From a virus (lineage: Duplodnaviria; Caudoviricetes): a DNA stretch of 43,680 nucleotides. Positions 17,465 to 26,944 of this stretch are shown here, one piece after another (position 1 is the stretch's first letter; each line of letters begins with the position of its first letter). Made by a program: the position numbers and the translations under genes. The notes under the pieces are model-generated. The model searched no databases, was not told where the DNA came from, and saw only the letters and a program-made list of their open reading frames with translations. The stretch lies in the IMG/VR virus record IMGVR_UViG_3300044806_000291, positions 1-43,680 of that record, one strand, 5' to 3'.

Positions 17465-18199
17465 ATGAAACAGTCAGGGCTTGGCGACTACCTTCTGATC
17501 GACGGATATGACTTCTCCGGGGATATCGGCTCGATCGGACGCATCAGCGGCGGGCCAGCGGCGAGCGACGTCACTGGCATTACGTCCAGCGCCATGGAAC
17601 GCATTGGCTTGGCGCGCGATGGCGGGATCGACTTCACGTCATGGTTCAACCCCAGCGCCGGACGCCAACATGACATCCTGACGGAGCTTCCGTACGCCTC
17701 ACGCCAGCAGACCTACCTGCGCGGACTGGGCCTGGGCAATCAGGCGGCATCGTGCGTACTGAAGCAGATCGGCTATGACCCGACGCGCGGTCAGGATGGC
17801 GCCCTGTCGATCGCGATCGCCGGCCAGGGTGACAGCTTCGGTGTCGAGTGGGGCTTGCAGGCCACCCCGGGTAAGCGCACCGACACGACAGCGACGAACG
17901 GCGCGAGCATCGACTACGGGGCGGTGAGCACGTTGTTCGGCATGCAGGCGTACCTCCATGTCACCGCGCTCACGGGCACCAACGTGGTGGTGGCCCTGGA
18001 GGATTCTGCGGACAACGTGACGTTCCTGCCGATCACCGCTGGCGCGTTCGCCAGCAAGACGGCCGTGGGGTTCGAGCGGATTGAGACCGGGCGGACGGCG
18101 ACGATCCGACGGTACGTACGGGTGGCGACTACGGGCACTTTCACGAGCGCGACGTTCGCCGTCAATTTCATTCGCAACGAAACACTCGTGAACTTCTAA
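17465..18199 (+). CDS. Tail structural protein
   Basis: KQSGLG...DVTGI...A.ERI N-terminus resembles that of 18850-19257. Confidence 0.6.
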   Translation: MKQSGLGDYLLIDGYDFSGDIGSIGRISGGPAASDVTGITSSAMERIGLARDGGIDFTSWFNPSAGRQHDILTELPYASRQQTYLRGLGLGNQAASCVLKQIGYDPTRGQDGALSIAIAGQGDSFGVEWGLQATPGKRTDTTATNGASIDYGAVSTLFGMQAYLHVTALTGTNVVVALEDSADNVTFLPITAGAFASKTAVGFERIETGRTATIRRYVRVATTGTFTSATFAVNFIRNETLVNF

Positions 18200-18208
18200 G
18201 GGGCGAAC

Positions 18209-18421
18209 GTGGCAAATATGGCGTCTCATCATGCGGCACTTCTCGATGCGATTCGGGGGCTTGGTGTTGAGCCGAATCTATGTAACAAGATCATTATCGA
18301 GATCGGCTTCAACGGGCCGGTTCGGCTGCACGTCCAGGGCTACGCGGACGAGGGCACTCTCGGCGTGATCAAGGCTGCCGATGGTGACCTCGAAGTTGTT
18401 CGTGAGGTGGCGGGATCATGA
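18209..18421 (+). CDS. Hypothetical protein
   Basis: AAGGGG SD; lies within the tail operon. Confidence 0.55.
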   Translation: MANMASHHAALLDAIRGLGVEPNLCNKIIIEIGFNGPVRLHVQGYADEGTLGVIKAADGDLEVVREVAGS

Positions 18422-18846
18422 TCGTACCGGCACTTCCGAGTCAGCATTTCCGCACTTTCGAGATCATCGCCCCGTTGTCGACGCATTGGCGTCCGGCGAC
18501 GTGCGAGGAGGTCGGGTGCGAAGCGTGGCGCAACGGGTGGGTCACGCGCGTGCCCGTGGGGTCCGACCTGGCGCAGTACATCACCTCGGGTACGCACGGG
18601 CGCGTGTATCACGAGGCGGCGTCGATCGACAGTGCTGAGCGCGAGTTCATGTTCCCGCCCGGGCAGAAGTGCTTCGCGGCTAGCAAACACCGCCTGCCGC
18701 TGGAGCGTGAGCCGCTCTACGTGGCGCGCGGCGGGGACGCGCGTGGCAACCCTCTGCGTGAACGTCGCGTGCACCAACGTCCGGAACATTGGGTAGAGGA
18801 CTTCGCCGAGAATCTCGATCGGGTCCGAGAGTCAAAGGGAGAGTAA
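18418..18846 (+). CDS. Hypothetical protein (Cys/His motifs) in tail cluster
   Basis: ATCEEVGC...GW, F..GQ.CF...H. Confidence 0.65.
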   Translation: MIVPALPSQHFRTFEIIAPLSTHWRPATCEEVGCEAWRNGWVTRVPVGSDLAQYITSGTHGRVYHEAASIDSAEREFMFPPGQKCFAASKHRLPLEREPLYVARGGDARGNPLRERRVHQRPEHWVEDFAENLDRVRESKGE

Positions 18847-18849
18847 TCA

Positions 18850-19257
18850 ATGGCGAAGGAATCCGGGCTTGCGTGGAGCGTTCTGTCCGTCGATGATTCA
18901 GCGGGCACGGCGCGAGACATCCGAAACGACGTCACGAACTTCCAGTTCGCGATGCCGCGCGCCGTTCAGGATGTGACCGGCGTCGACAAGAGCGCGATCG
19001 AGCGGCTCCTACTGCTGGCCGATTTCTCGATCACGCTGAACGGCGTGTTCAACGACGCATCCAACCTGTCTCACTCGGTCTTCAAGACGGTTCCGAGCAC
19101 GAGCGTCGCGCGCACCACCACCCTCACGGTGTCCGGCCAGACCCTCGCGAACGAGTGCCTGTACACGGACTACGCGCTCACGCGCGGCCAGGACGGCGCG
19201 CTCACGTGGTCGAGTCCTGGCGTCCTTTCTGACGGCACCGTTCCTACGTGGTCCTAA
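18850..19257 (+). CDS. Major tail (tube) protein
   Basis: PRAVQDVTGVDKSAIERLLLLAD; directly precedes the chaperones. Confidence 0.7.
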   Translation: MAKESGLAWSVLSVDDSAGTARDIRNDVTNFQFAMPRAVQDVTGVDKSAIERLLLLADFSITLNGVFNDASNLSHSVFKTVPSTSVARTTTLTVSGQTLANECLYTDYALTRGQDGALTWSSPGVLSDGTVPTWS

Positions 19258-19293
19258 TCTAGCACAACTGAATCCAGCAGGGGGAATCGAGCA

Positions 19294-19689
19294 GTGAGCT
19301 ACAAGCGGAAGAACTATCGCCTCACGTGGCCGGAAGGTCACGTGAGGCACGGCCTCACCGTCGTCATGCGAGGCATGGCCATTGACGACATGGAAGCAGC
19401 GAGGGCGTTTCAGGGCGTCGAAAGGGACGATGTCAAGGCGAGTGCCGCGCTCCTCGCCCAGATAGCCGAACTCCTCGCTGCCAAGATGGTGTCCTGGGAT
19501 CTCGCCGAGGACGATGACACTCCCGTCCCCACGACCGCCGAAGCTATCCGTAAAGAGGACATCTCCATGGTGATGGAGATTCTCAACGCGTGGACCGAAG
19601 TAGCCATGGGCGTCAAGGCGAGTCTGGGAAAAGGCTCGAACTCTGGGCAGCCGTTCCCGGAGGAGTCGATTCCGATGGAAACGTCGTAA
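19294..19689 (+). CDS. Tail assembly chaperone (gpG-like)
   Basis: Between tail tube and tape measure; G GGA AAA slippery site at 19626-19632. Confidence 0.8.
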   Translation: MSYKRKNYRLTWPEGHVRHGLTVVMRGMAIDDMEAARAFQGVERDDVKASAALLAQIAELLAAKMVSWDLAEDDDTPVPTTAEAIRKEDISMVMEILNAWTEVAMGVKASLGKGSNSGQPFPEESIPMETS

Positions 19690-19838
19690 CCAAACCCGAG
19701 GAGTTGGAACACGCTCAGCTTATCCTCGGGCTGTGCCGCCAGTTCCACAAACTCCCGTCGGAGGTTCTGGCCGAAGACGTCGAACTACTTCGCATGCTAC
19801 TGATCGAGGACCTGGGAACACCCGACAAGGGAGACTGA
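19626..19838 (+). CDS. -1 frameshift extension of tail chaperone (gpT-like)
   Basis: The -1 frame is open to 19838 (LCRQFHKLPSEVLAED). Confidence 0.75.
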   Translation, partial: GKRLELWAAVPGGVDSDGNVVTKPEELEHAQLILGLCRQFHKLPSEVLAEDVELLRMLLIEDLGTPDKGD

Positions 19839-19839
19839 C

Positions 19840-22074
19840 GTGGGCGACAATGAGATCGAGATTGTCGTCGATGTCGATGACCGGGCGACTGGCAAGCTCG
19901 ACAATATCGGCAGCACTGCCGGCAAGGCTATGGGCAAGGTCATGGACGTGCTGTCTTCGGCAGGGTCGTCCGCGCTGGAGTTCGGCGCGAAGATGGGCAC
20001 GGCCGCGGCATCCACGGCGGTCATGGCTGCTGGCAGCACGGCCGCCACGGGCGGGATGAACATCCTCGTCGGTGTTCTCGTAGCGGCGGCGATCGCCGCC
20101 GTGGGTATGGCAGCCGCGCTTCTCGCCCTGGCGCCGGCTCTCTCTCTCGTCGGAGGCCTGGCTGCTGGCGCGATAGGCGCGATAGCCGGCGTTGGCGTGG
20201 CCGCGGCGACGCTCGGGATCGGACTCGGGGGCGTGTCGGACGCGTGGTCCGCCTACGGGAAGTCGGCCGGGGGTGGCGGGGGCGCGAGCAAGGCCGCCGG
20301 AGATCAGGCGTATCAGGCCGCGCGGCGCATCGAGCAAGCGGAGGATGCCGTCACGCGCGCCAAGCGCGCCGCGATCAAGGCGTCACAAGAGGTCTCTCGT
20401 GCGCGCGCCGAAGAGCGGGAGCGCATCGAGGATCTGACGCTCGCGTTGCGCGGCCAGCAGTATGCACAAGAGGATGCCTCGAAAGAGCTGAAAGAGGCAG
20501 AAGACAAGCTTGCTCGCGAGAAGGCCTACGGCAACACGAACAGCGTGAATGCCGCTCAAGCGGAAGTCGATCGCGCCAAGTATCGCTACGACTACGAGAC
20601 TGAGCGACTGAAAGACCTGCAAGAGGAGAAGGCGAAAGCCGACCGTGACGGCGTCGAGGGCAGCGATCGCGTCAAGAGCGCTCTTGAGCGTGAGCGCGAT
20701 GCTGCGGATGCGGTGACGGACGCCCTTGAATCTCTGGCTGATGCCAAGCGGAAGGTCGAGACGGCCTCGGGTGGCGCGGCCGGCGGCGTCAACGCGTTCG
20801 CTGAGGCCATGGCCAAGTTGAGCCCCAACGCGCAGTCGTTCGTGCGAACCCTGATCCGCTTGAAGGAAGAGTTCGCCGGCGTCAAGCGACAGGTTCAGGA
20901 TCGGCTATTCGCAGGGCTGGACAAGTCGTTGGAAGAGTTGGCAAGCAATTGGGGGCCGCGTCTCGTCCCGATCCTCGGCGGCATGGCGGATGCGCTCAAC
21001 CGCGTCGTCAAGTCCATCATGTCCGCGTTCGGAGACCAGGTATTCATCGCCAACATCGAGAAGGCGAGCGATGCCTTCGAGGGCTTCCTCGGCTACCTTG
21101 GGGACGCGGCGACCAGCATCATCGACGCGCTCGGCAGGATCGCAGGCGCATCCGGTCCGATCCTCGATACGCTCGGCTACATCATTGCGGACATCGCATC
21201 GAGCTTCGCGGACTGGATCGAAACGGCCGAGCGTAGCGGCGCTCTTGAGTCGTTCATGGACACAGCGGCCTACTACCTGAGGGAAATCTACTCGATCGGA
21301 AAGCTGGTCATCAGTATCGCAGGGGAGATCATCTCCATATTCTTCCCATCATCAGACAAGGCCGGTCAAGGCCTCTTGGCAGGAATCAAGGGATCGCTAC
21401 AAGACGTAAAGGATTGGCTTGGCGATCCCAAAAACAAGGCCATGATTCAGGACTGGTTCGCCAAGTTCGATGATTTCTTTACGGAACTTACGAGCGAATG
21501 GATTCCCGACCTCGTTGATTTCGGGCGGAACGTCGGTGACATCGTCAAGCCGATCAATCGAGTGATCGAAAGGTTCCGTGTCGTCAAGAGGTGGCTCACT
21601 CACGACCTGCCTGATGCGTTCGGGAGCCTGTCCCGCAAGGGCAGGAACATATTCGACGGCGTTAAAGGCGGGTTCAGGGCGGCTATGAACTGGATTATCA
21701 GCAAGTGGAATTCACTCCAGTTCACTATTCCGTCGTTCTCAGCATTCGGCCAGACCATCGGCGGTGGCTCGATCGGCGTGAGCCCCGTCGACTACTTCGC
21801 ATCCGGCGGTATCTCATCCGGCCGGAACGCCATCATGAACGAGCGCGGCCCTGAAGCTGTCCGCCTGCCCACAGGTAGCATGGTCTACAGTGCCGGGGAC
21901 AGCGCGCGAATGATGGGCGGTGGCGCCGGCCAGAGGCAGGGGATCGACCTGAACGTCAAGGTGGACCGGACTACGGAACGCGGACTGGTTGACGGCATCC
22001 TCAGTATGCTGCGCTTCGAGATCGATCAGCGTTTCGGCGGAGACGTCCAGTTAGCCATAGGAACGAACAGGTGA
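19840..22074 (+). CDS. Tape measure protein
   Basis: 744-aa Ala/Gly-rich helical protein with a coiled coil, MAKLSPNAQSFV and a C-terminal ERGPEAV.LP motif. Confidence 0.9.
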   Translation: MGDNEIEIVVDVDDRATGKLDNIGSTAGKAMGKVMDVLSSAGSSALEFGAKMGTAAASTAVMAAGSTAATGGMNILVGVLVAAAIAAVGMAAALLALAPALSLVGGLAAGAIGAIAGVGVAAATLGIGLGGVSDAWSAYGKSAGGGGGASKAAGDQAYQAARRIEQAEDAVTRAKRAAIKASQEVSRARAEERERIEDLTLALRGQQYAQEDASKELKEAEDKLAREKAYGNTNSVNAAQAEVDRAKYRYDYETERLKDLQEEKAKADRDGVEGSDRVKSALERERDAADAVTDALESLADAKRKVETASGGAAGGVNAFAEAMAKLSPNAQSFVRTLIRLKEEFAGVKRQVQDRLFAGLDKSLEELASNWGPRLVPILGGMADALNRVVKSIMSAFGDQVFIANIEKASDAFEGFLGYLGDAATSIIDALGRIAGASGPILDTLGYIIADIASSFADWIETAERSGALESFMDTAAYYLREIYSIGKLVISIAGEIISIFFPSSDKAGQGLLAGIKGSLQDVKDWLGDPKNKAMIQDWFAKFDDFFTELTSEWIPDLVDFGRNVGDIVKPINRVIERFRVVKRWLTHDLPDAFGSLSRKGRNIFDGVKGGFRAAMNWIISKWNSLQFTIPSFSAFGQTIGGGSIGVSPVDYFASGGISSGRNAIMNERGPEAVRLPTGSMVYSAGDSARMMGGGAGQRQGIDLNVKVDRTTERGLVDGILSMLRFEIDQRFGGDVQLAIGTNR

Positions 22075-22078
22075 CAGC

Positions 22079-25021
22079 GTGAGCCATGACCCTACAGAAG
22101 TCGTCACTGAGTTCTTCATCGACAACGCGTGGCGCTCAACCTACGACGGTGAGGACCTGGCCGCGCGCGTCCGGGGCCGTGACGCGATCCGCCTTACGGT
22201 CGGCGGGGCTGATCAGTTCTCGTCTATCACCTCGCGCGCATCCTCGTTCACGCTGAACAACGGGGACAACCTGTTCACCGACGATGATCCGAACTCTCCG
22301 CTCTATCACAAGTTCGGCCAGAGCACGCGAGTCCGACATTCGGTGCAGCATCCGACGCTCGGCTATGACCTGTACGCGAAGGTCATGGACATGCCAGTCG
22401 AGCCATCAGGGGCGCGAATCCACACGGGCGACAAGGCCTCGCTCGACATCACCGGGGACATTGACGTCCGCTGGGAGATTGACATGCGCAACACGCGTGA
22501 TCTGTCTCAGGTCATCGTCGCAAAATACGAGCTTGTCAGCGATGAGCGCTCATGGGTTGTCTACACGAACACGTCTGGCCAGATTATTCTCAGGCATACC
22601 ACCGCAGGTACCTTCGCGTCCTCAGTCACGGCGCTCTCTCCGGCTGGAATGATCCCCGAGACTGAGGGCAGGCTCGCGTATCGCGTGACGCTTGACGTCG
22701 ACAATGGTGCTGGAGGGAAGACCTGGACGTGGTACACGTCGGATTCGATCGATGGGACTTGGACCCAGGTTGGCACTGAGACCACAGCGGGCACCACGTC
22801 GATCTATGCGGGAACAGCCGAGATATCGATCGGGGCCGGCGGCGACGGTGACAACATCATCAGCGACGTCTACCCGTTCCGCGGACGCCTGTATAGCGTC
22901 CAGGTGCGCAACGGGATAGGCGGGACGCTAGTGGCGGACTTCGATCCGAACTCTCACGCATCACTGGGTGACGACACGTGGAGCGACACGTGCTCCACGC
23001 CAAACACGTGGGTCATTGGACCCGGCACCACCGACCTGACCGCCGTCGCGATCCGTCTTGCCTCGGATCGCATCCGGGGGACGCTGGAGATTCAAACCAG
23101 GCCAGACGATTGGGACCTTTCCGGGGTCGATCGCTGGTGTGCAATGACAGCGCAAGGATCGCTGTCGCGCTACGCATCGACGCGCGCGCCACTCAGGGCC
23201 ACGGTAACGCGCCACTTCATGAGACAGCCAAACGTGGTGGGATTCTGGCCATGCTCGGACGGCAGCGAGGCTACAACCGTCGGATCACTGCTCGATGGGG
23301 GCGTCTCGGGAACAATAAACGAGTGCTCGTTTACTTCCATCGACGAGTTTGACGGCGCTTCCGGGGCTGTCGAGTTGAATGAAGCTGGTGTGTCGACAGC
23401 CCTATTCAGGGCCAGCGCTCATACCGCGTCGGGCGTGTGGGGGGTGCTGTTCTACTTCAATGTTGACGAGTTGCCGGCATCCACGTCAGTGGTGTGCAAC
23501 ATCTATCCCAAGGGTTCGACGATTCAGCGCTGGGTCATAAGCGTGAGCCTGACTGGATTCGATTTTCAAGGATACGACTATGCCGGATCCGTCGCCACTA
23601 GCGCGGGCGTCAACTATGGCGACGGCGTAGACCCGAGTCTCGGCGCCGTCGCTATGTTCATGAATTTCAGCCAGGAAGGCGGTAATATCCGCTGGGAAAC
23701 GGCGTGGCATCAGGTCGGGTCGACAGACACGTACGTTCACGCGTCGGGTGGATCAACAGTGGCTGGCACGGTCGGTGCCGTGGATCGCATGTTCGTGGTG
23801 CCGACCAATGCGTCATTGAACAATCTCCGCATATCCGAAGTCGTCATGTTCAATGCCGAGTATCAGATCACCTCGGAGTTCGGGGAGATCTCGCGCGGCT
23901 ACGCGCAAGAGACGTTCGGTGCGCGTTGGTTGCGCCTGCTCACCGAGGAGGGCATCACTGCTGAATGGGCGGGTGATCTTTCGCTGACAGAAGAATGTGG
24001 TCCGCAGCTCGATACGAGCTTGTATCAGATCCTGGAAGAGGGCGCCAAGCTCGACGGCGGCCTTGTCACCGAAGCGCGCGACCTTCCGCTGTCGTGGCGC
24101 TACGTGACTGGAGCGTCCCTGGGCAACAGAAGGCGTTCCGAACTCAGCTACAGCGGGTCGGAAATAGCGGACGTCCCTCGACCTGTGGGCGACGGCCGGT
24201 ATCTCGTCAACGACTTCACCGCGTCCCGTGAGCGTGGCGCAAGCGCGCGCTATGAGGCGACCGACGCGCGACGCAAGAATGTCCGCGAACCCGACGATAC
24301 GGTGTCGCCCGGCGTTGGGAGGGTGGAGCGCTCCGACTCGTACAACGCGTACGAGGATGCGCGAATGTGGTACTTGGCGTCCAATCGCGTCCACCTCGGG
24401 ACGTGGGATGAGCGACACGTCCCGACGATGTCGGTAGCACTTCACCGCACGCAGATCGAGAACACTCCAGCACTTCTGGCCGGACTTCTCAGTCAGGACG
24501 TCGGAGACCCGATCGCCATCATCGACACTGCGGGATCACCCTTGCCGCCAAACAATCTACGAAGCGTGTGCACGGGCTACACGGAAACGATCGACAACCT
24601 GACGCACTTGATCGTGTTCAACACTGTCCCACAGGGGCCGTACGACGTCCCGATCATTGAGTCCGGGGTTGCCGACTATGTGCCGATCCTCGGTGCGGAC
24701 GAGGGTGACAGCGAGAGCTTCATAAAGTCCGCATTGAACACTACGGCGACATCGTTCATCGTGGCCACGATCGCCACGGCTACCGTCCCGTTTTGGGTGG
24801 ATGATGCCGGGTACCCGGACGATATCGGTGGCGGCGAGACTCTAGATATCGACATCGGCGGAGAGAGAATCACCGCGACCTCAATCACCGCACCATCCCT
24901 GGTGTCTGGTTACAACGAGCAGACGTTCACGGTAACTCGCTCAACGAACGGTATCGTCAAGGCGCATGACGCACTCGCTCCTGTCCGCCTGTTCGTATCG
25001 TCATACCTCGGAAGGATTTGA
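22079..25021 (+). CDS. Minor tail protein
   Basis: 980 aa directly after the tape measure; beta-rich, LamG/ConA-like segment (SLDITGDIDVR). Confidence 0.8.
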   Translation: MSHDPTEVVTEFFIDNAWRSTYDGEDLAARVRGRDAIRLTVGGADQFSSITSRASSFTLNNGDNLFTDDDPNSPLYHKFGQSTRVRHSVQHPTLGYDLYAKVMDMPVEPSGARIHTGDKASLDITGDIDVRWEIDMRNTRDLSQVIVAKYELVSDERSWVVYTNTSGQIILRHTTAGTFASSVTALSPAGMIPETEGRLAYRVTLDVDNGAGGKTWTWYTSDSIDGTWTQVGTETTAGTTSIYAGTAEISIGAGGDGDNIISDVYPFRGRLYSVQVRNGIGGTLVADFDPNSHASLGDDTWSDTCSTPNTWVIGPGTTDLTAVAIRLASDRIRGTLEIQTRPDDWDLSGVDRWCAMTAQGSLSRYASTRAPLRATVTRHFMRQPNVVGFWPCSDGSEATTVGSLLDGGVSGTINECSFTSIDEFDGASGAVELNEAGVSTALFRASAHTASGVWGVLFYFNVDELPASTSVVCNIYPKGSTIQRWVISVSLTGFDFQGYDYAGSVATSAGVNYGDGVDPSLGAVAMFMNFSQEGGNIRWETAWHQVGSTDTYVHASGGSTVAGTVGAVDRMFVVPTNASLNNLRISEVVMFNAEYQITSEFGEISRGYAQETFGARWLRLLTEEGITAEWAGDLSLTEECGPQLDTSLYQILEEGAKLDGGLVTEARDLPLSWRYVTGASLGNRRRSELSYSGSEIADVPRPVGDGRYLVNDFTASRERGASARYEATDARRKNVREPDDTVSPGVGRVERSDSYNAYEDARMWYLASNRVHLGTWDERHVPTMSVALHRTQIENTPALLAGLLSQDVGDPIAIIDTAGSPLPPNNLRSVCTGYTETIDNLTHLIVFNTVPQGPYDVPIIESGVADYVPILGADEGDSESFIKSALNTTATSFIVATIATATVPFWVDDAGYPDDIGGGETLDIDIGGERITATSITAPSLVSGYNEQTFTVTRSTNGIVKAHDALAPVRLFVSSYLGRI

Positions 25022-25422
25022 TGGCTACCTTCGCAGTTGGTCAGCGACTAACGGCGGCACTGCTCCAGTCGCTGTCTACGACGACCGTTGACACGTCCAT
25101 CGGGACGGCTGCCAGCGGTTTCACTTCATCTTCGGAAACGGCCCGGGTTACGCTAGAGGGAAAACTGATCGACATCAATCTCTTCATCAGCAGGTCCGGT
25201 GCGGACATCACTCAGACCAACTCGAACATCGCAGACACGACGATCTTCACTCTCGATTCGGCTTACTGGCCAACAGAGGTCAGGAACGGATGTTACGGGA
25301 ACGGATCTATGGACGGAGAGTTCGCGATCTCCACGGCCGGCGTGATCACCTTGAGGTCGGCTTCATACACGATCGTGAGCGGGACGAACATCAGGATCTG
25401 CGCGACGTACACTGTCGCCTAA
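25018..25422 (+). CDS. Minor tail / fibre-related protein
   Basis: FAVGQRLTAALL N-terminus typical of actinophage tail proteins. Confidence 0.6.
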   Translation: MMATFAVGQRLTAALLQSLSTTTVDTSIGTAASGFTSSSETARVTLEGKLIDINLFISRSGADITQTNSNIADTTIFTLDSAYWPTEVRNGCYGNGSMDGEFAISTAGVITLRSASYTIVSGTNIRICATYTVA

Positions 25423-25463
25423 GTGACGGTGCGTGATATGGTCGATCGAGGGAGAGGGGGGCA

Positions 25464-26255
25464 ATGTCGTACGCGCCGGAGTCCATCTTGCAGGCCAGGC
25501 GCCTGATTCAGGGTATCGTGCCCTCATTGTCCAATGCCGAGTTGGGCATTGTCGGTGACGATGCGCACGCGAACTCAGGTACCGGATACCACATCGGTGA
25601 AGACGCCTTAAAGGCGGCAGCGTACTCAGTCGTCGAGTCTTCGCGCGACAGGAACGGCCTGACCAACGCGGCCAGCGCGCTCGACGTCGGGTGGTTCACG
25701 GTACCTGGCCAGAAGCGCACGCTGCGGGACATGTCCAAGTGGATCGTCGCCGAGTGTGAGGCGAACGCCCTTGACACGCGCGATATCCGGGAGATCATCT
25801 ACTCGCCGGACGGCCGGACAGTCAAGCGCTGGGATCGGCTGAAGGCCCGCTCGTCCGGCGACGACTCCCACCTGTCCCACACACACTTCTCGTTCTTCCG
25901 TGACAGCGAGTCCCGAGACAAGACGTCGATCTTCCGACGATGGTTCGTCGAGATCGGCGCAATGGAGGATGGCATGGCACTGACGTTGGCCGACGGGGCA
26001 ACCGTGTGGAAGACCGACATCATCCCGAACCCCGCGTTCCGCGCTGACGCGAAGGACAACCCCGCGACGACAGCGTGCTTCGCGCTCGGCGACGTATGGC
26101 GCCGCGTCGGAGAGGCCGGTCAGAAGCTCGACGCCCTGAGTGCCAAGGTTGACGCCCTGGGCGACAGGGTTGACGCCCCTGCCGCGACCAAGGATGAAGT
26201 ACTGGCGGCGATCAGGGCCGAGATTCGTGCCATTGTGCGTGATGGAGTGGCGTAG
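25464..26255 (+). CDS. Endolysin (putative peptidase-type)
   Basis: GIVGD.AH...GYH, ASALD, IREIIY and SHLSHTHFSF His/Asp motifs; follows the tail genes. Confidence 0.7.
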   Translation: MSYAPESILQARRLIQGIVPSLSNAELGIVGDDAHANSGTGYHIGEDALKAAAYSVVESSRDRNGLTNAASALDVGWFTVPGQKRTLRDMSKWIVAECEANALDTRDIREIIYSPDGRTVKRWDRLKARSSGDDSHLSHTHFSFFRDSESRDKTSIFRRWFVEIGAMEDGMALTLADGATVWKTDIIPNPAFRADAKDNPATTACFALGDVWRRVGEAGQKLDALSAKVDALGDRVDAPAATKDEVLAAIRAEIRAIVRDGVA

Positions 26256-26594
26256 GTGACTTCCTCTATCCAACCAGAGACGGATGGCGCCATGCTGGCA
26301 GAGATACACCGAATCCTCGGGAACCTCTCTGCACAGATGGGTACCATATTGTCCGATATGGCCTACATCAAAGAAGACGTCAGTGAGCACAAACGCGAGA
26401 TCCGCACGCTGAACGGTCTACCTGGCGAGATGGCTCACCTGAAAGGCGAGGTTGCCGCATTGAAGGCTGACCTCGAGGCGCGCGTCCGCCTGCTTGAACG
26501 CGACAAGATGCCGAAAGGGCAGCTCACGCTTCTCGTGACGCTGGTAGTCGGCATGATCGCGGTGCTGACCTATCTGGGGGTGACCATCAAGTGA
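26256..26594 (+). CDS. Coiled-coil protein with C-terminal TM (lysis cassette)
   Basis: Heptad region plus a hydrophobic C-terminus. Confidence 0.65.
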   Translation: MTSSIQPETDGAMLAEIHRILGNLSAQMGTILSDMAYIKEDVSEHKREIRTLNGLPGEMAHLKGEVAALKADLEARVRLLERDKMPKGQLTLLVTLVVGMIAVLTYLGVTIK

Positions 26595-26881
26595 GCGCAA
26601 CGAAGAGCGGCAAGACCGAGTGGAAGGTGCGCGTCGCGGCGCTGGCATCGTTCGTGGGCTCTCTTGCTACTACCGCAGTCCTCGATGAGCGGACGTTCGA
26701 CGTCATCAACAGCCTGCCCGATGGCGTCCGGCCGTTGGTTCTGGCCGGCGTGGTGGCCGTGGGCGTGTGGTATTCGGGACGCGCCGCGAGTTCCCGCCCG
26801 GGGTACGTCTCAGCGAGCACCATCAAGGCCGTCGCCGAGCACATCGACTCTGTGCATGGCGGAGTGTTCCCGAAGCTCTGA
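26591..26881 (+). CDS. Holin-like membrane protein
   Basis: Two hydrophobic segments; located after the endolysin. Confidence 0.6.
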   Translation: MSATKSGKTEWKVRVAALASFVGSLATTAVLDERTFDVINSLPDGVRPLVLAGVVAVGVWYSGRAASSRPGYVSASTIKAVAEHIDSVHGGVFPKL

Positions 26882-26890
26882 CACAAGCCC

Positions 26891-26933
26891 TCATCCCTGG
26901 TCCGCGCCCCCTGCCGTGGCGGACCAGGGATGA
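26891..26933. terminator. Hairpin between the convergent genome arms
   Basis: TCATCCCTGGTCCGC/GCGGACCAGGGATGA, a 15-bp inverted repeat. Confidence 0.75.
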
Positions 26934-26944
26934 GTCATGTTCGA

